A stretch of DNA of 64,000 bases from an uncultured delta proteobacterium (GTDB lineage Bacteria; Desulfobacterota; Binatia; Binatales; Binataceae). Of this stretch, positions 18,955 through 26,876 are shown one piece after another (within the stretch, counting starts at the first letter, position 1; every line of letters begins with the position of its first letter). The position numbers were made by a program, and so were the translations under genes. The stretch spans positions 320,107 to 384,106 of the forward strand of contig CAVURG010000006.1 of NCBI GenBank assembly GCA_963743865.1. Direction: 5' to 3'. Below the pieces are notes generated by a model. That model had not been told where the DNA came from. It was given only the letters and a program-made list of their open reading frames with translations, and ran no database searches.

Positions 18955-19827
18955 ATGCACCTTCCCGAAAAATGTCAGAGTGAAGAAAGACCGCATCGCG
19001 GCTCGCTGCTCGGAATCATCAATGCTGATGGAAGGCCAACGGTAGTGCGCGTCGTTTATTCAGACGAAAGCGGTGTTGGAGATGGAAAAGAACCGATCAC
19101 GGTCGTGACCGGAATCGTCATCAATATGGACAAAGTTTGGGAAGAAGTGCAGGAACGCTTGGAAGACATACTTCAAAAGACTCCTAATATCCTGCTCGAA
19201 GAAAAGCGAAAGACATTCGTACTTAAAGGCAGACTTCTTTATTCGATTCTTCGCAAGCGTCGAACACTGCCGGAACTTGCGACGGGCGCAGAAACGCTCT
19301 TGCACAGAGTTCTCGCGATTCCAGTAGATTGTTGTATTTCGATCTTTTACGGAGCCATTGACCGGAAGAAGTATGAGCGAAGCGAAAAGAAGCGCGGACT
19401 AAGCGAGCGTGAAAAGAAAGCCATTGGTCAGGATGCCACTACTTACGATTTGGCTTTTGATCAGTGTCTGCGCAAAGTAGAGAACATAGCCCGCTCATTC
19501 ACTAACGAGAAAATTCTATGGATAGCCGAACAGAGCGACAAGCAGCGAGAGCCGTCAACCAGGATGCTGCACAGAGTTCATGGATTGCGTGTGGAAAGTG
19601 ATGGGGAATCCCCGAATCTGAATCGGCCTCATCAGAGTCCAATAGCCGACACAATTTATTTTGGAGACCCTATAGCATCTGTCGCTTTACAGTTGGCCGA
19701 CGTTATTTGTTCTACGGTGACGCTTTACTTACTGGAGAAACACTACCGCTGGAGACCTGTGGCGACTCCGTTTTACAAATTCATTGAGGGCAACGTCATC
19801 GAAGCCACTCCGCCGATGCTGCTATAG
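18955..19827 (+). CDS. DUF3800 domain protein (cargo of the IS1595-family element)
   Basis: 290-aa ORF with the N-terminal VVYSDESG motif and C-terminal ALQLADVICS motif that I associate with DUF3800 (Pfam PF12686, from memory). The gene is low in GC. Confidence 0.6.
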   Translation: MHLPEKCQSEERPHRGSLLGIINADGRPTVVRVVYSDESGVGDGKEPITVVTGIVINMDKVWEEVQERLEDILQKTPNILLEEKRKTFVLKGRLLYSILRKRRTLPELATGAETLLHRVLAIPVDCCISIFYGAIDRKKYERSEKKRGLSEREKKAIGQDATTYDLAFDQCLRKVENIARSFTNEKILWIAEQSDKQREPSTRMLHRVHGLRVESDGESPNLNRPHQSPIADTIYFGDPIASVALQLADVICSTVTLYLLEKHYRWRPVATPFYKFIEGNVIEATPPMLL

Positions 19828-19863
19828 ACTTCGATTCTTCCGCATCAAAATACCCGTTGTGAT

Positions 19864-19986
19864 TGGCCTGCACCCCAATTTCCCGCCATTCATAAGTAGA
19901 GTCCGCCGGTTATTTGGCCCCCTCCTGGGGCGCGTTGTTTGTGGTTTTGGTTTCATCTTCATCCCAGTTTTTCCGGCCGCCCTTCA
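19864..19986 (+). mobile_element. 123-bp MITE-like deletion derivative of an IS3/IS407-type IS
   Basis: The left end tggcctgcaccccaatttcccgccattcataagtagagtccgcc parallels the IRL region of the neighbouring IS (tggcctgccccccgaaaactccgccgaaatgaggtagagtccgtc). The right end cagtttttccggccgcccttca parallels its IRR (cagtttttcggccgccctca). It has no coding capacity. Confidence 0.7.
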
Positions 19987-20922
19987 CTCTCTGAGGGCGG
20001 CCGAAAAACTGTCAGGTTTTGGATCCGAGGTCGGCGCGCCTTGCACCGCGCCGGCCAGCGCTTGGGCTGGCCAAGCGGTGCGCGCGATGGCCGAGCTCCC
20101 TTGATTCCTTGCCGCGAACTCCTCCGGCGCCAGGTAGCCGAGACTCGAGTGCGGGCGCAGCTGGTTGTAGTCGTGCCGCCACGCCTCGATGATCGCGCGC
20201 GCTTCCCCGAGGCTGCTGAACACGTACTCGTTAAGGCACTCGTCGCGCAACTTGCTGTTGAATGATTCGATGAAGGCGTTCTGCACGGGCTTGCCCGGCT
20301 CGATGTAGTGCCACGCGACCCTTCTCGTGGCCCAGCGCAGCACCGCACCACTGGTCAGTTCGGTCCCATTGTCGCTAACCACCGTCTCCGGCAGCGCTCG
20401 TTCGAGCGTGAGCCGCTCCAGTTCGCGCACCACCCGTACCCCGCCCAGCGAGGTGTCGACCACCGTCGCCAGACACTCGCGGCTGAAGTCGTCCACCACG
20501 CACAGGATGCGGAAGCGGCGGCCGTCGCTCAGCGTGTCCGAGACGAAGTCGAGCGACCAGCGCTGATTGATCGCACTCGGCAGCGTCATCGGTGCCCGCG
20601 TACCTAGTGCCCGCTTTCGCCCTCGACGCCGGCGCACCATCAGCCGCTCTTCGCGGTACAGCCGATAGAGCTTCTTGTGGTTCAGCGCGTGACCTTCGCG
20701 CGCCAGCATCCAGCCTAAGCGCCGGTACCCGAAGCGCCGCCGCTCCGCGGCCAGCTCCCGCAGTCGTTGCCTCAATGCCGAGTCGTCCGGTCGTCTGCAC
20801 CGGTAGCGCAAAGTCGAACGATCCAGCTCCACCAACTCGCACGCATGCCGCTGACTCAGCCCGTGACGCTCCATTACCCGAATCACTGCTACTCGCCGCG
20901 CCGCAGGCTTCAGACGTTTTTT
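19984..20922 (-). CDS. IS3-family transposase OrfB (DDE/rve domain; expressed as OrfAB by -1 frameshifting)
   Basis: Track ORF 19984..20886. The rve-type catalytic core shows WSLDFVSD...[11 protein letters not shown]...[16 protein letters not shown]. The reading frame is open upstream to the slippery site at 20916-20922. The stop codon lies 6 nt outside the inferred IS end. Confidence 0.85.
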   Translation of the reverse strand, partial: KKRLKPAARRVAVIRVMERHGLSQRHACELVELDRSTLRYRCRRPDDSALRQRLRELAAERRRFGYRRLGWMLAREGHALNHKKLYRLYREERLMVRRRRGRKRALGTRAPMTLPSAINQRWSLDFVSDTLSDGRRFRILCVVDDFSRECLATVVDTSLGGVRVVRELERLTLERALPETVVSDNGTELTSGAVLRWATRRVAWHYIEPGKPVQNAFIESFNSKLRDECLNEYVFSSLGEARAIIEAWRHDYNQLRPHSSLGYLAPEEFAARNQGSSAIARTAWPAQALAGAVQGAPTSDPKPDSFSAALRE

Positions 20923-21242
20923 CCGAGCAGGTCCTTGAGCGCCGCGTTGTCCAGCAGCGACTCGGCCAACAGTCGCTTCAGGCGCCGGTTCTCATCCTCC
21001 AGCGCCTTCAGCCGCCTGGCGTCCGATACCTCCAGCCCGCCGTACTTCGACTTCCACTTGTAAAAGGTCGCGCTCGAGATCCCGTGGCGCCGGCACACCT
21101 CTTCGGTCCTCGCCCCGGCCTCCTGCTCCCGCAGCACCCCGATGATCTGCTCCTCCGTGAAGCGGCTTCCTTTCATCGCCCGTCTCCTTTTTCAGGCGAC
21201 GGACTCTACCTCATTTCGGCGGAGTTTTCGGGGGGCAGGCCA
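19992..21242 (-). mobile_element. IS3-family insertion sequence (IS407-like), about 1.25 kb
   Basis: It ends in TG...CA (IRL read from 21242: TGGCCTGCCCCCCGAAAACTCC; IRR read from 19992: TGAGGGCGGCCGAAAAACTG). It carries orfA and orfB with an A_AAA_AAC slippery site. I found no target-site duplication. Confidence 0.8.
20910..21176 (-). CDS. IS3-family transposase OrfA (HTH)
   Basis: 88-aa protein: [47 protein letters not shown]... followed by a leucine-zipper-like tail. It ends in GGA AAA AAC GTC TGA, which contains the frameshift heptamer. Confidence 0.9.
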   Translation of the reverse strand: MKGSRFTEEQIIGVLREQEAGARTEEVCRRHGISSATFYKWKSKYGGLEVSDARRLKALEDENRRLKRLLAESLLDNAALKDLLGKNV

Positions 21243-22137
21243 CGGGATCATTGCGCCCGTTGAATCGGAAGGCAAATTCATTGACGTAGAGCGGCAGATA
21301 TTCGCGTGTGACGTGATGGAAGCTGCCCATGATGCCGCGTTTGAGCAGCGACCAAAACGATTCGATAGTCTGTGTGTGAACCGTGCCGGTAACGTACTGA
21401 TGTTTGCTGTGATTGACCGTCTGATGGACGAAACCGTGAGCGCCAAGATGGCGATAGCCGGGGTGTTCATCGGTCACGACCAACTTCGCTTTGGTGGACA
21501 CCGCTTCTTTGACGAAATCCCCCATCGTCGTGAATCCCATTTCATCAACGGAGCGAGCGATGACGCTGCCCTTGCGCGCGATTGCGGCGATCACGGTCGC
21601 CTTGGTGCTGCCGCCCGGAATGCCGGTCTTTTTGTTCCAATGCCGATTCTTGTCCTTGCCGCCGATATACGTCTCATCAACTTCAACGACGCCCTCAAGC
21701 TGATCGATGCCGCCGCGCATCGCGCAACGGAGCCGATGGCACATGAACCAGCTTGTGCGGTAATCGGAGCCGGAATCTTCGCCGAACACGGTACGATGAA
21801 TTTGTAGAGCGCTGATTCCTTTCTTGCTGGTCAGCATCAGGTAGGCAACGCGAAACCAAATATCGAGCGGAATCTTCGTGTCCTGAAAGATCGTCTTCGT
21901 GATCACGGAGAAGCGATAGCCGCCGTTCTTGCTGCAAGTAACCGGCTTGCCTTCCGTGTCCATCGTGATCTTTCCGCTCTTGCAGACCCAATGAAACGGG
22001 CGCGCCTTGAGCGTAATCACGCGGGCATTACCGCATCGCGGGCAGACCGGACCATCAGGCCAGCGACATTCAGCCAGCAGCTTCTTACATGCATCTTCGT
22101 TAGGGAAATCAGCCTCAAAGGCTTTCAACGTCTTCAT
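21211..22137 (-). CDS. IS1595-family (ISXO2-like) transposase, 3' end interrupted by the IS3-family insertion
   Basis: N-terminal zinc ribbon (CPRCGN) and a DDE region (VEVDETYIGG...VVTDEHPGY...TQTIESFWSLLKRG...YVNEFAFRFN). The last 10 codons of the track ORF (VACPPKTPPK) are read from the IS3 inverted repeat beyond 21242. Skipping 19864..21242 would extend the frame by about 22 codons to a stop near 19796. Confidence 0.8.
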   Translation of the reverse strand: MKTLKAFEADFPNEDACKKLLAECRWPDGPVCPRCGNARVITLKARPFHWVCKSGKITMDTEGKPVTCSKNGGYRFSVITKTIFQDTKIPLDIWFRVAYLMLTSKKGISALQIHRTVFGEDSGSDYRTSWFMCHRLRCAMRGGIDQLEGVVEVDETYIGGKDKNRHWNKKTGIPGGSTKATVIAAIARKGSVIARSVDEMGFTTMGDFVKEAVSTKAKLVVTDEHPGYRHLGAHGFVHQTVNHSKHQYVTGTVHTQTIESFWSLLKRGIMGSFHHVTREYLPLYVNEFAFRFNGRNDPVACPPKTPPK

Positions 22138-22339
22138 GGCTCAGACTCTACGCTTTTTCACTGTTGGAGTCAATAGCAACATAATCCCCTCGTCAAGTTG
22201 CGCCGGCCAGACGCCTTTCCAGCGAGCGGGATTGCGGCATCATCCGAGGCTATACAGGAGCATCTGGAGCGGCAAAGCTGCTAGGTTCTAGCGGGAGCGC
22301 ATGGCGCGGGGTACCGCGCCGCAATTGGAGGAAAAGGCG

Positions 22340-23161
22340 ATGGCAGGAAATGGGCGCAAATATCGTGAGAAGTACGGCGAGTGGGCTCTCGTCACGGGCG
22401 CGTCGGCGGGAATTGGCCTTGAGTTTGCACGCGCGCTCGCGCGCGAGGGCATGTCGATCGTGCTGACGGCCAGGCGCGAGGAACGGCTCAACGCGCTCGC
22501 CGCGGAACTGCGCCAGAATTTTCACGTCGATACGCGGGTGGTCGCGGCCGATCTCGCGGCGCCGGACGGCGCGGATCGTCTGGCCGACGCGGTGGCGGAT
22601 TTGCCGATCTCATTTCTGGTCAACAACGCGGGCTTCGGCTACGCGGGCCGTTTCGACAAGCAGGCAATCGACCGGCTGCGCGCGATGGTGGTCGTAAACT
22701 GCGTCGTGCCGGTGGTGCTGACCAGCCGCATCATGCCCGGGATGGTCAAGCGAGGACGCGGCGCGGTGATCATTGTGGGATCGGTGGCGGGACGCCAGCC
22801 GCTGCCGCTGCATGCGGTTTACAGCGCAACCAAGGGCTTCGATCTGCTGTTCGGCGAGGGGTTGTGGGGCGAGCTGCGCGGGACGGGCATCGATGCGCTG
22901 GTGATAGAGCCGGGACCCACGAAGACCGAGTTCCAGGCGGTGGCGGGAGAGAGCGTGGGGCCTGACCACGGCGAGCCGGCGGCAAACGTGGTGCGGGTCG
23001 CGCTCGACGCGCTCGGCAAGCAGCCGAGCGTTATCTCGGGATGGTTCAACTGGGTGCGCGCCAATGCGACGCGGCTGGTGCCTCGATCGACGGCGGTGAT
23101 CATCGCGAAGAAGGTGACCGAAGGGTCAGACCCCGCAAGAGCTGCGATAGAGCCGCAGTAA
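22340..23161 (+). CDS. SDR-family oxidoreductase
   Basis: ALVTGASAGIGLEFA (TGxxxGxG), NNAG, and the YSATKGF catalytic Tyr-xxx-Lys. I prefer the start at MAGNGRKY. Confidence 0.85.
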   Translation: MAGNGRKYREKYGEWALVTGASAGIGLEFARALAREGMSIVLTARREERLNALAAELRQNFHVDTRVVAADLAAPDGADRLADAVADLPISFLVNNAGFGYAGRFDKQAIDRLRAMVVVNCVVPVVLTSRIMPGMVKRGRGAVIIVGSVAGRQPLPLHAVYSATKGFDLLFGEGLWGELRGTGIDALVIEPGPTKTEFQAVAGESVGPDHGEPAANVVRVALDALGKQPSVISGWFNWVRANATRLVPRSTAVIIAKKVTEGSDPARAAIEPQ

Positions 23162-23199
23162 AGCGAATAGTCAGCTGGTTCGAGCCGCCAGTAGCTGAC

Positions 23200-24204
23200 T
23201 CATGGAATTGTTGCCAGGTCGTAGGCGGGCGGCAGTTTCTCCGCGATCGTCGCAAGCGACGATCCGTCAGCGGTTGCGCGAACGACGGCGCCGTCGTTGC
23301 AGACCGCGAAGAAGCCGCCGCTTTCCGGATCGGCCCTCAGCCGCATCACCATGCCGCGCCCGAAAGTCTGTTCGGTGGAAATCGGGGTAAAACTTTCGCC
23401 GCGATCGACGCTGCGGAACAGCATCGCGTCGGCGCCCGCCGGTCCGACCCGCCAGGTGGGCGGCGGGCCCATCGCGGCCACGGTAAAAACGTCTTCGCCC
23501 TCCGGTCGGCTTACCAGCAGCGGGACAGTGTAGCTGCGGTTGAGCCCGCGCGTTACCTGTTGCCACGATTTGCCGGCGTTTCCGGACAAGTAGAACCCAT
23601 TGCCGGTGGTGGCGTAGAGGCGGCGCGAATCGCGCGAGTCCACCGCGACGGTATGAACATCCCAATAGAGACCGTCGTTGAGCGGCTCGAAGGACGCGCC
23701 GTCGTTGCGCGAGCGGAAGACGCCGCCCTCCTCGACGCCGACGTACATCGTGGAAGGGTCATGCGGATCGAAGGCGATGGAACGCACGTGCGGGATATGC
23801 GGCGCCGGCGGAAACGTCCAGCGGTCGCGCCCCGGGATTTTCAGGAAGCCGTCGGATTCCTTGAAGATGCGCCCGCGATCGTCGCTGCGGAACAGGCGGG
23901 CATGCGACGTCCCGACGAATACGCGATCCTTCACCGCAGGAGAGGCGGCGATCGACCAGACCTCTTCCTCGCGCGCGAGCGGGGGAGTCACGTCGGTCCA
24001 GGTTCTGCCGCTGTCGGTCGAGCGCGCGAGCGTGCCCTTGCCGCGGATGCTCTCGGTTGAACCGGCGTAGATGAGCGTGGGATCGACGGTATCCTGCGCC
24101 ATGCACCAGACGGCTGACGGATCGGCAAGCACCATCAGCGGAGTCCCGCCGCGCGAGGGATCCAGAATTACAATGCCCTTGGCCGTCCCGATGCACAGGC
24201 GCAT
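23200..24204 (-). CDS. BNR/Asp-box repeat beta-propeller protein (sialidase-like / Ycf48-like)
   Basis: Repeated Asp-box motifs are present: STDSGRTW, SDDRGRIF, SRNDGASF, SGNAGKSW, SVDRGESF. Confidence 0.7.
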   Translation of the reverse strand: MRLCIGTAKGIVILDPSRGGTPLMVLADPSAVWCMAQDTVDPTLIYAGSTESIRGKGTLARSTDSGRTWTDVTPPLAREEEVWSIAASPAVKDRVFVGTSHARLFRSDDRGRIFKESDGFLKIPGRDRWTFPPAPHIPHVRSIAFDPHDPSTMYVGVEEGGVFRSRNDGASFEPLNDGLYWDVHTVAVDSRDSRRLYATTGNGFYLSGNAGKSWQQVTRGLNRSYTVPLLVSRPEGEDVFTVAAMGPPPTWRVGPAGADAMLFRSVDRGESFTPISTEQTFGRGMVMRLRADPESGGFFAVCNDGAVVRATADGSSLATIAEKLPPAYDLATIP

Positions 24205-24282
24205 GCCGGTAAACCTCTAGTGACCGCGGCCGATCGTAGCGCAAAGTGGACGCAACAGCGGCGGGAAGAGAACTTGATTGTA

Positions 24283-24370
24283 ACGAAACCCACCGTGGGT
24301 TTCGTGCTTCCTTGGGCGGGTGACCCCTGCACCAATGTTAAGAAAAGATGCGGGACTTTGTCCCTGTTAA
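24283..24370. repeat. palindromic repeat modules
   Basis: cgaaacccaccgtgggtttcg + cttccttgggc + gggtgacccctgcacc + aagatgcgggactttgtccctgtta. The same module order, in either orientation, occurs at 53195-53292; the aagatgcggga module also occurs at 28988. Confidence 0.85.
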
Positions 24371-24419
24371 ACTTGGCCGGCGGAGCATCTTCTGGTTTGC
24401 GGCGCGCCTTGATAGAGAG

Positions 24420-24749
24420 ATGCACATGAAGCTTCGCCACGGCGCCCCGCTCGCAATCGTTGCCTGGTATCTGATGATCCCGCCGATCAATGCCGACAAC
24501 AGAGTTGACGCAGGTGCGCCCTTGTCGAGGTGGAGAAAAAGCGTGAGCTTTGATTCCGCGAAGGAATGCGAGGCGTCTCTGAAGGACTCAATCGAAAACC
24601 CAATGACACCATCCGAATATCAAGCAGCAGCGCAGGCGACGCTGAAGGCTAAAATGCATCCCCTTAGCAAGCCGGAAATGACCAGACGGATGCAGGAATC
24701 CGTATGCGTCTCGGCCGACGATCCCCGCCTCGAGCCAAAAGCAAAATAA
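24420..24749 (+). CDS. hypothetical small secreted protein
   Basis: Signal-like N-terminus (MHMKLRHGAPLAIVAWYLMIPPINA) with two Cys. I recognise no family. The 5' part of track ORF 24348 reads through a repeat module, so I chose the later start. Confidence 0.4.
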   Translation: MHMKLRHGAPLAIVAWYLMIPPINADNRVDAGAPLSRWRKSVSFDSAKECEASLKDSIENPMTPSEYQAAAQATLKAKMHPLSKPEMTRRMQESVCVSADDPRLEPKAK

Positions 24750-24765
24750 GGGCGGCGCGGACAAC

Positions 24766-25686
24766 CTACGTCAGCTTGGCGCCGACGCGGAGATCGCCGG
24801 CGGCTGCGAGCTCGGCGGGTGCTATTTTTTTGGGGTTTGGATCGATTCGCGCCCGCTTGACCTTAATCGTCCCGCCCGCGAGTGCGATTTTCATTCCCTC
24901 CGAATCCAGCGCAACTATCGTTCCCGGTTCGCTGTCCGAGCGGCCCGCTGAGAAGCTGGCTTCGTAGAGCCGCAGCCGTTTATCATCGGCGTTGGCGAAC
25001 GCGCCCGGCTGCGGGTCGCATCCGCGAATCAGATTGAAGACCTCGCGCGCCGGTTTTGCAAAATCGATCTTCGCGTGCTCGTCGCGGCACGGCGGCTCGT
25101 AGGTCGCCTTGCTCTCGTCCTGCACAAGCGCGGGCGCGTTGCCGGATTTGATCAGATCGACCGCCTCGACCATCGCGTCGATTCCCATCGGGAAGAGCGT
25201 GTTGAAGTAAATCGAGCCGACGGTGTCGTTCTCCGCGATCGGCACGCGCTTCTGAACGAGGATCGGTCCGGTGTCGATCCCCTTATCCGGCCAGAACCAC
25301 GTGACTCCTGTTTCCCCGTCGCCCTGGATTATCGCCCAGTTGATCCCGCTGGCGCCGCGATGGCGCGGGAGCAGCGAAGGGTGAAAGCAGATCGACTTGT
25401 AGCGCGGCGAGTAGAGAATCCGCTCGGGAACTATCAGCGTGACGAACGCGAGGATGGCCAGCTCGGCGTCGAGCGCCTTGAAGTGCTCGTAGGCGGCGTC
25501 GTTCTTGAACGACCTGGGCTGGCTGAGCGGCAGGCCCATCGCGCGCGCCTTGGCGGCCAGCGGATCCGCCTTGCCGGCGGGCGAATCGGGAGGTGCGAAG
25601 ACGTGAACGATTTCGTTACCGTGATTGACGAGCGCCTCGAGCGCTTTTTCCGCGAATGCAGCCTGGCCGAGCAACGCGATACGCAA
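24766..25686 (-). CDS. formyltransferase-family protein (Fmt / 10-formyl-THF dehydrogenase N-domain-like)
   Basis: The formyl-transferase catalytic motif is HPSLLPRHRGASGINWAII...DTGPIL, and a C-terminal Fmt-like domain follows. The N-terminus (MRIALLGQAAFAEKALEAL) does not look like canonical Fmt. Confidence 0.7.
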   Translation of the reverse strand: MRIALLGQAAFAEKALEALVNHGNEIVHVFAPPDSPAGKADPLAAKARAMGLPLSQPRSFKNDAAYEHFKALDAELAILAFVTLIVPERILYSPRYKSICFHPSLLPRHRGASGINWAIIQGDGETGVTWFWPDKGIDTGPILVQKRVPIAENDTVGSIYFNTLFPMGIDAMVEAVDLIKSGNAPALVQDESKATYEPPCRDEHAKIDFAKPAREVFNLIRGCDPQPGAFANADDKRLRLYEASFSAGRSDSEPGTIVALDSEGMKIALAGGTIKVKRARIDPNPKKIAPAELAAAGDLRVGAKLT

Positions 25687-25816
25687 AGTGGTGATCCTCC
25701 GAAATTTCTGCGCTCACGCTACCAAATCAAAAATCTCCTTGCACCTTGAAACGACGTGTCGGTTGCTGCGTACATTGAACGGGGGATCGAGCCAGAGCTT
25801 CAGGGGACACTGACCG

Positions 25817-26815
25817 ATGCGCAGTTTTGGTATTTCAAGTTTTTCAGTGGCCGTCGCCGTGGCGATATTGACGGCTGCGGTATTATCCGCGACGGCGGGC
25901 GCGCCGGCGTATCAGCCGGTGCCGGCGGCGGGGAATCACGACGAGTCGCTCGAGGTCGGCGCCGGCGCCATCAAGACGGCGCGCACGTTCGTCGTGCATC
26001 TGCCTCCTCGATTCGACGGCAAATCGAAACTTCCGGTGGTAATTATGCTCCACGGAGCGGGCGGCAGCGGTGCGGGTGCAATCGCCCAAACGGGATGGGG
26101 CGCGAAGTCCGATCGCGAGGGCTTCATCGCGGTTTTTCCCGACGGCACTCCGCCGCGCGCCGCGTTTCCGGCCCGATTCCTGACCAATCCGCGGCTGTGG
26201 AACGACGGCTCCGGCCGCGGCGCGATTGGCGTGGACAAGGTGGACGACCTCGGCTTTATCTCCGCGATGATCGATTTCCTGGAGGCGCGCTACGGCGCCG
26301 ACCCGGCCCGAATCTATTGCACGGGTTTTTCCAACGGCGCGTCGATGACGTTCAGCGTGGGGCTCAACCTGTCGAATCGAATCGCCGCGATAGCGCCCGT
26401 CTCCGGCCATCTCTGGTACCGGGAAAAACAACTCACGTATCCCGTTGCGTTGCTCTTCATCATCGGAACGAAAGACCCGCTCAACCCGATCGACGGCGGC
26501 AACGTGAAAATCCCGTGGGGAATGACTCAGTACCATCCGCCGGTCGAGGATTCACTCAAGGAATGGGAACGGATGCTCGGTTGCGGACCGGAAGTGCGGA
26601 CGGCTCGCGGCAACGGCGTGCTGGAAATCACCTACGATCGCTGCGCCAAGGGCGGAGAGGTCGAGTACTACCGGGTCAGAGGATTGGGCCATGTGTGGCC
26701 CGGCGGGCTGAATCAACTGCCGGAAAAATGGGTCGGCAAGCCGAGCGACAATCTGAATGCGACCGACGTCATCTGGGAATTCTTCAAGACGCATCCGCGG
26801 ACACCGGCGCCTTGA
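25817..26815 (+). CDS. secreted alpha/beta hydrolase, PHB depolymerase / LpqC-like esterase
   Basis: Signal peptide, VVIMLHGAGGSG, the nucleophile elbow TGFSNGA, and GLGHVWPG near the C-terminus. Confidence 0.7.
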   Translation: MRSFGISSFSVAVAVAILTAAVLSATAGAPAYQPVPAAGNHDESLEVGAGAIKTARTFVVHLPPRFDGKSKLPVVIMLHGAGGSGAGAIAQTGWGAKSDREGFIAVFPDGTPPRAAFPARFLTNPRLWNDGSGRGAIGVDKVDDLGFISAMIDFLEARYGADPARIYCTGFSNGASMTFSVGLNLSNRIAAIAPVSGHLWYREKQLTYPVALLFIIGTKDPLNPIDGGNVKIPWGMTQYHPPVEDSLKEWERMLGCGPEVRTARGNGVLEITYDRCAKGGEVEYYRVRGLGHVWPGGLNQLPEKWVGKPSDNLNATDVIWEFFKTHPRTPAP

Positions 26816-26876
26816 GCCAACGCTTCGCTGAATTTCATCGAAGATCGATTGACACGGTCGGTTGCGGGCCGCTTTG

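Larger units (their letters stand above)
18882..22189 (-). mobile_element. IS1595-family transposable element with a DUF3800 passenger gene (itself disrupted by a MITE and an IS3-family IS)
   Basis: The 29-bp terminal inverted repeats are ggtgattatgtttctgttgactccgaagg (18882-18910) and the reverse complement of 22161-22189, ggggattatgttgctattgactccaacag (23/29 identical). They are flanked by the direct repeat tcgtcaag at 18874-18881 and 22190-22197. The interior is visibly AT-richer than its surroundings. Confidence 0.85.

Noticed and set aside
19796-19863. The original 3' end of the IS1595 transposase continuing beyond the MITE/IS3 insertion (DHNGYFDAEESKSIAASAEWLR*).
   Set aside because: The frame does stay open if 19864..21242 is skipped, but the 22 residues show no motif I can verify, and the exact excision junction is uncertain. 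I mention it in the feature evidence but do not annotate it separately.
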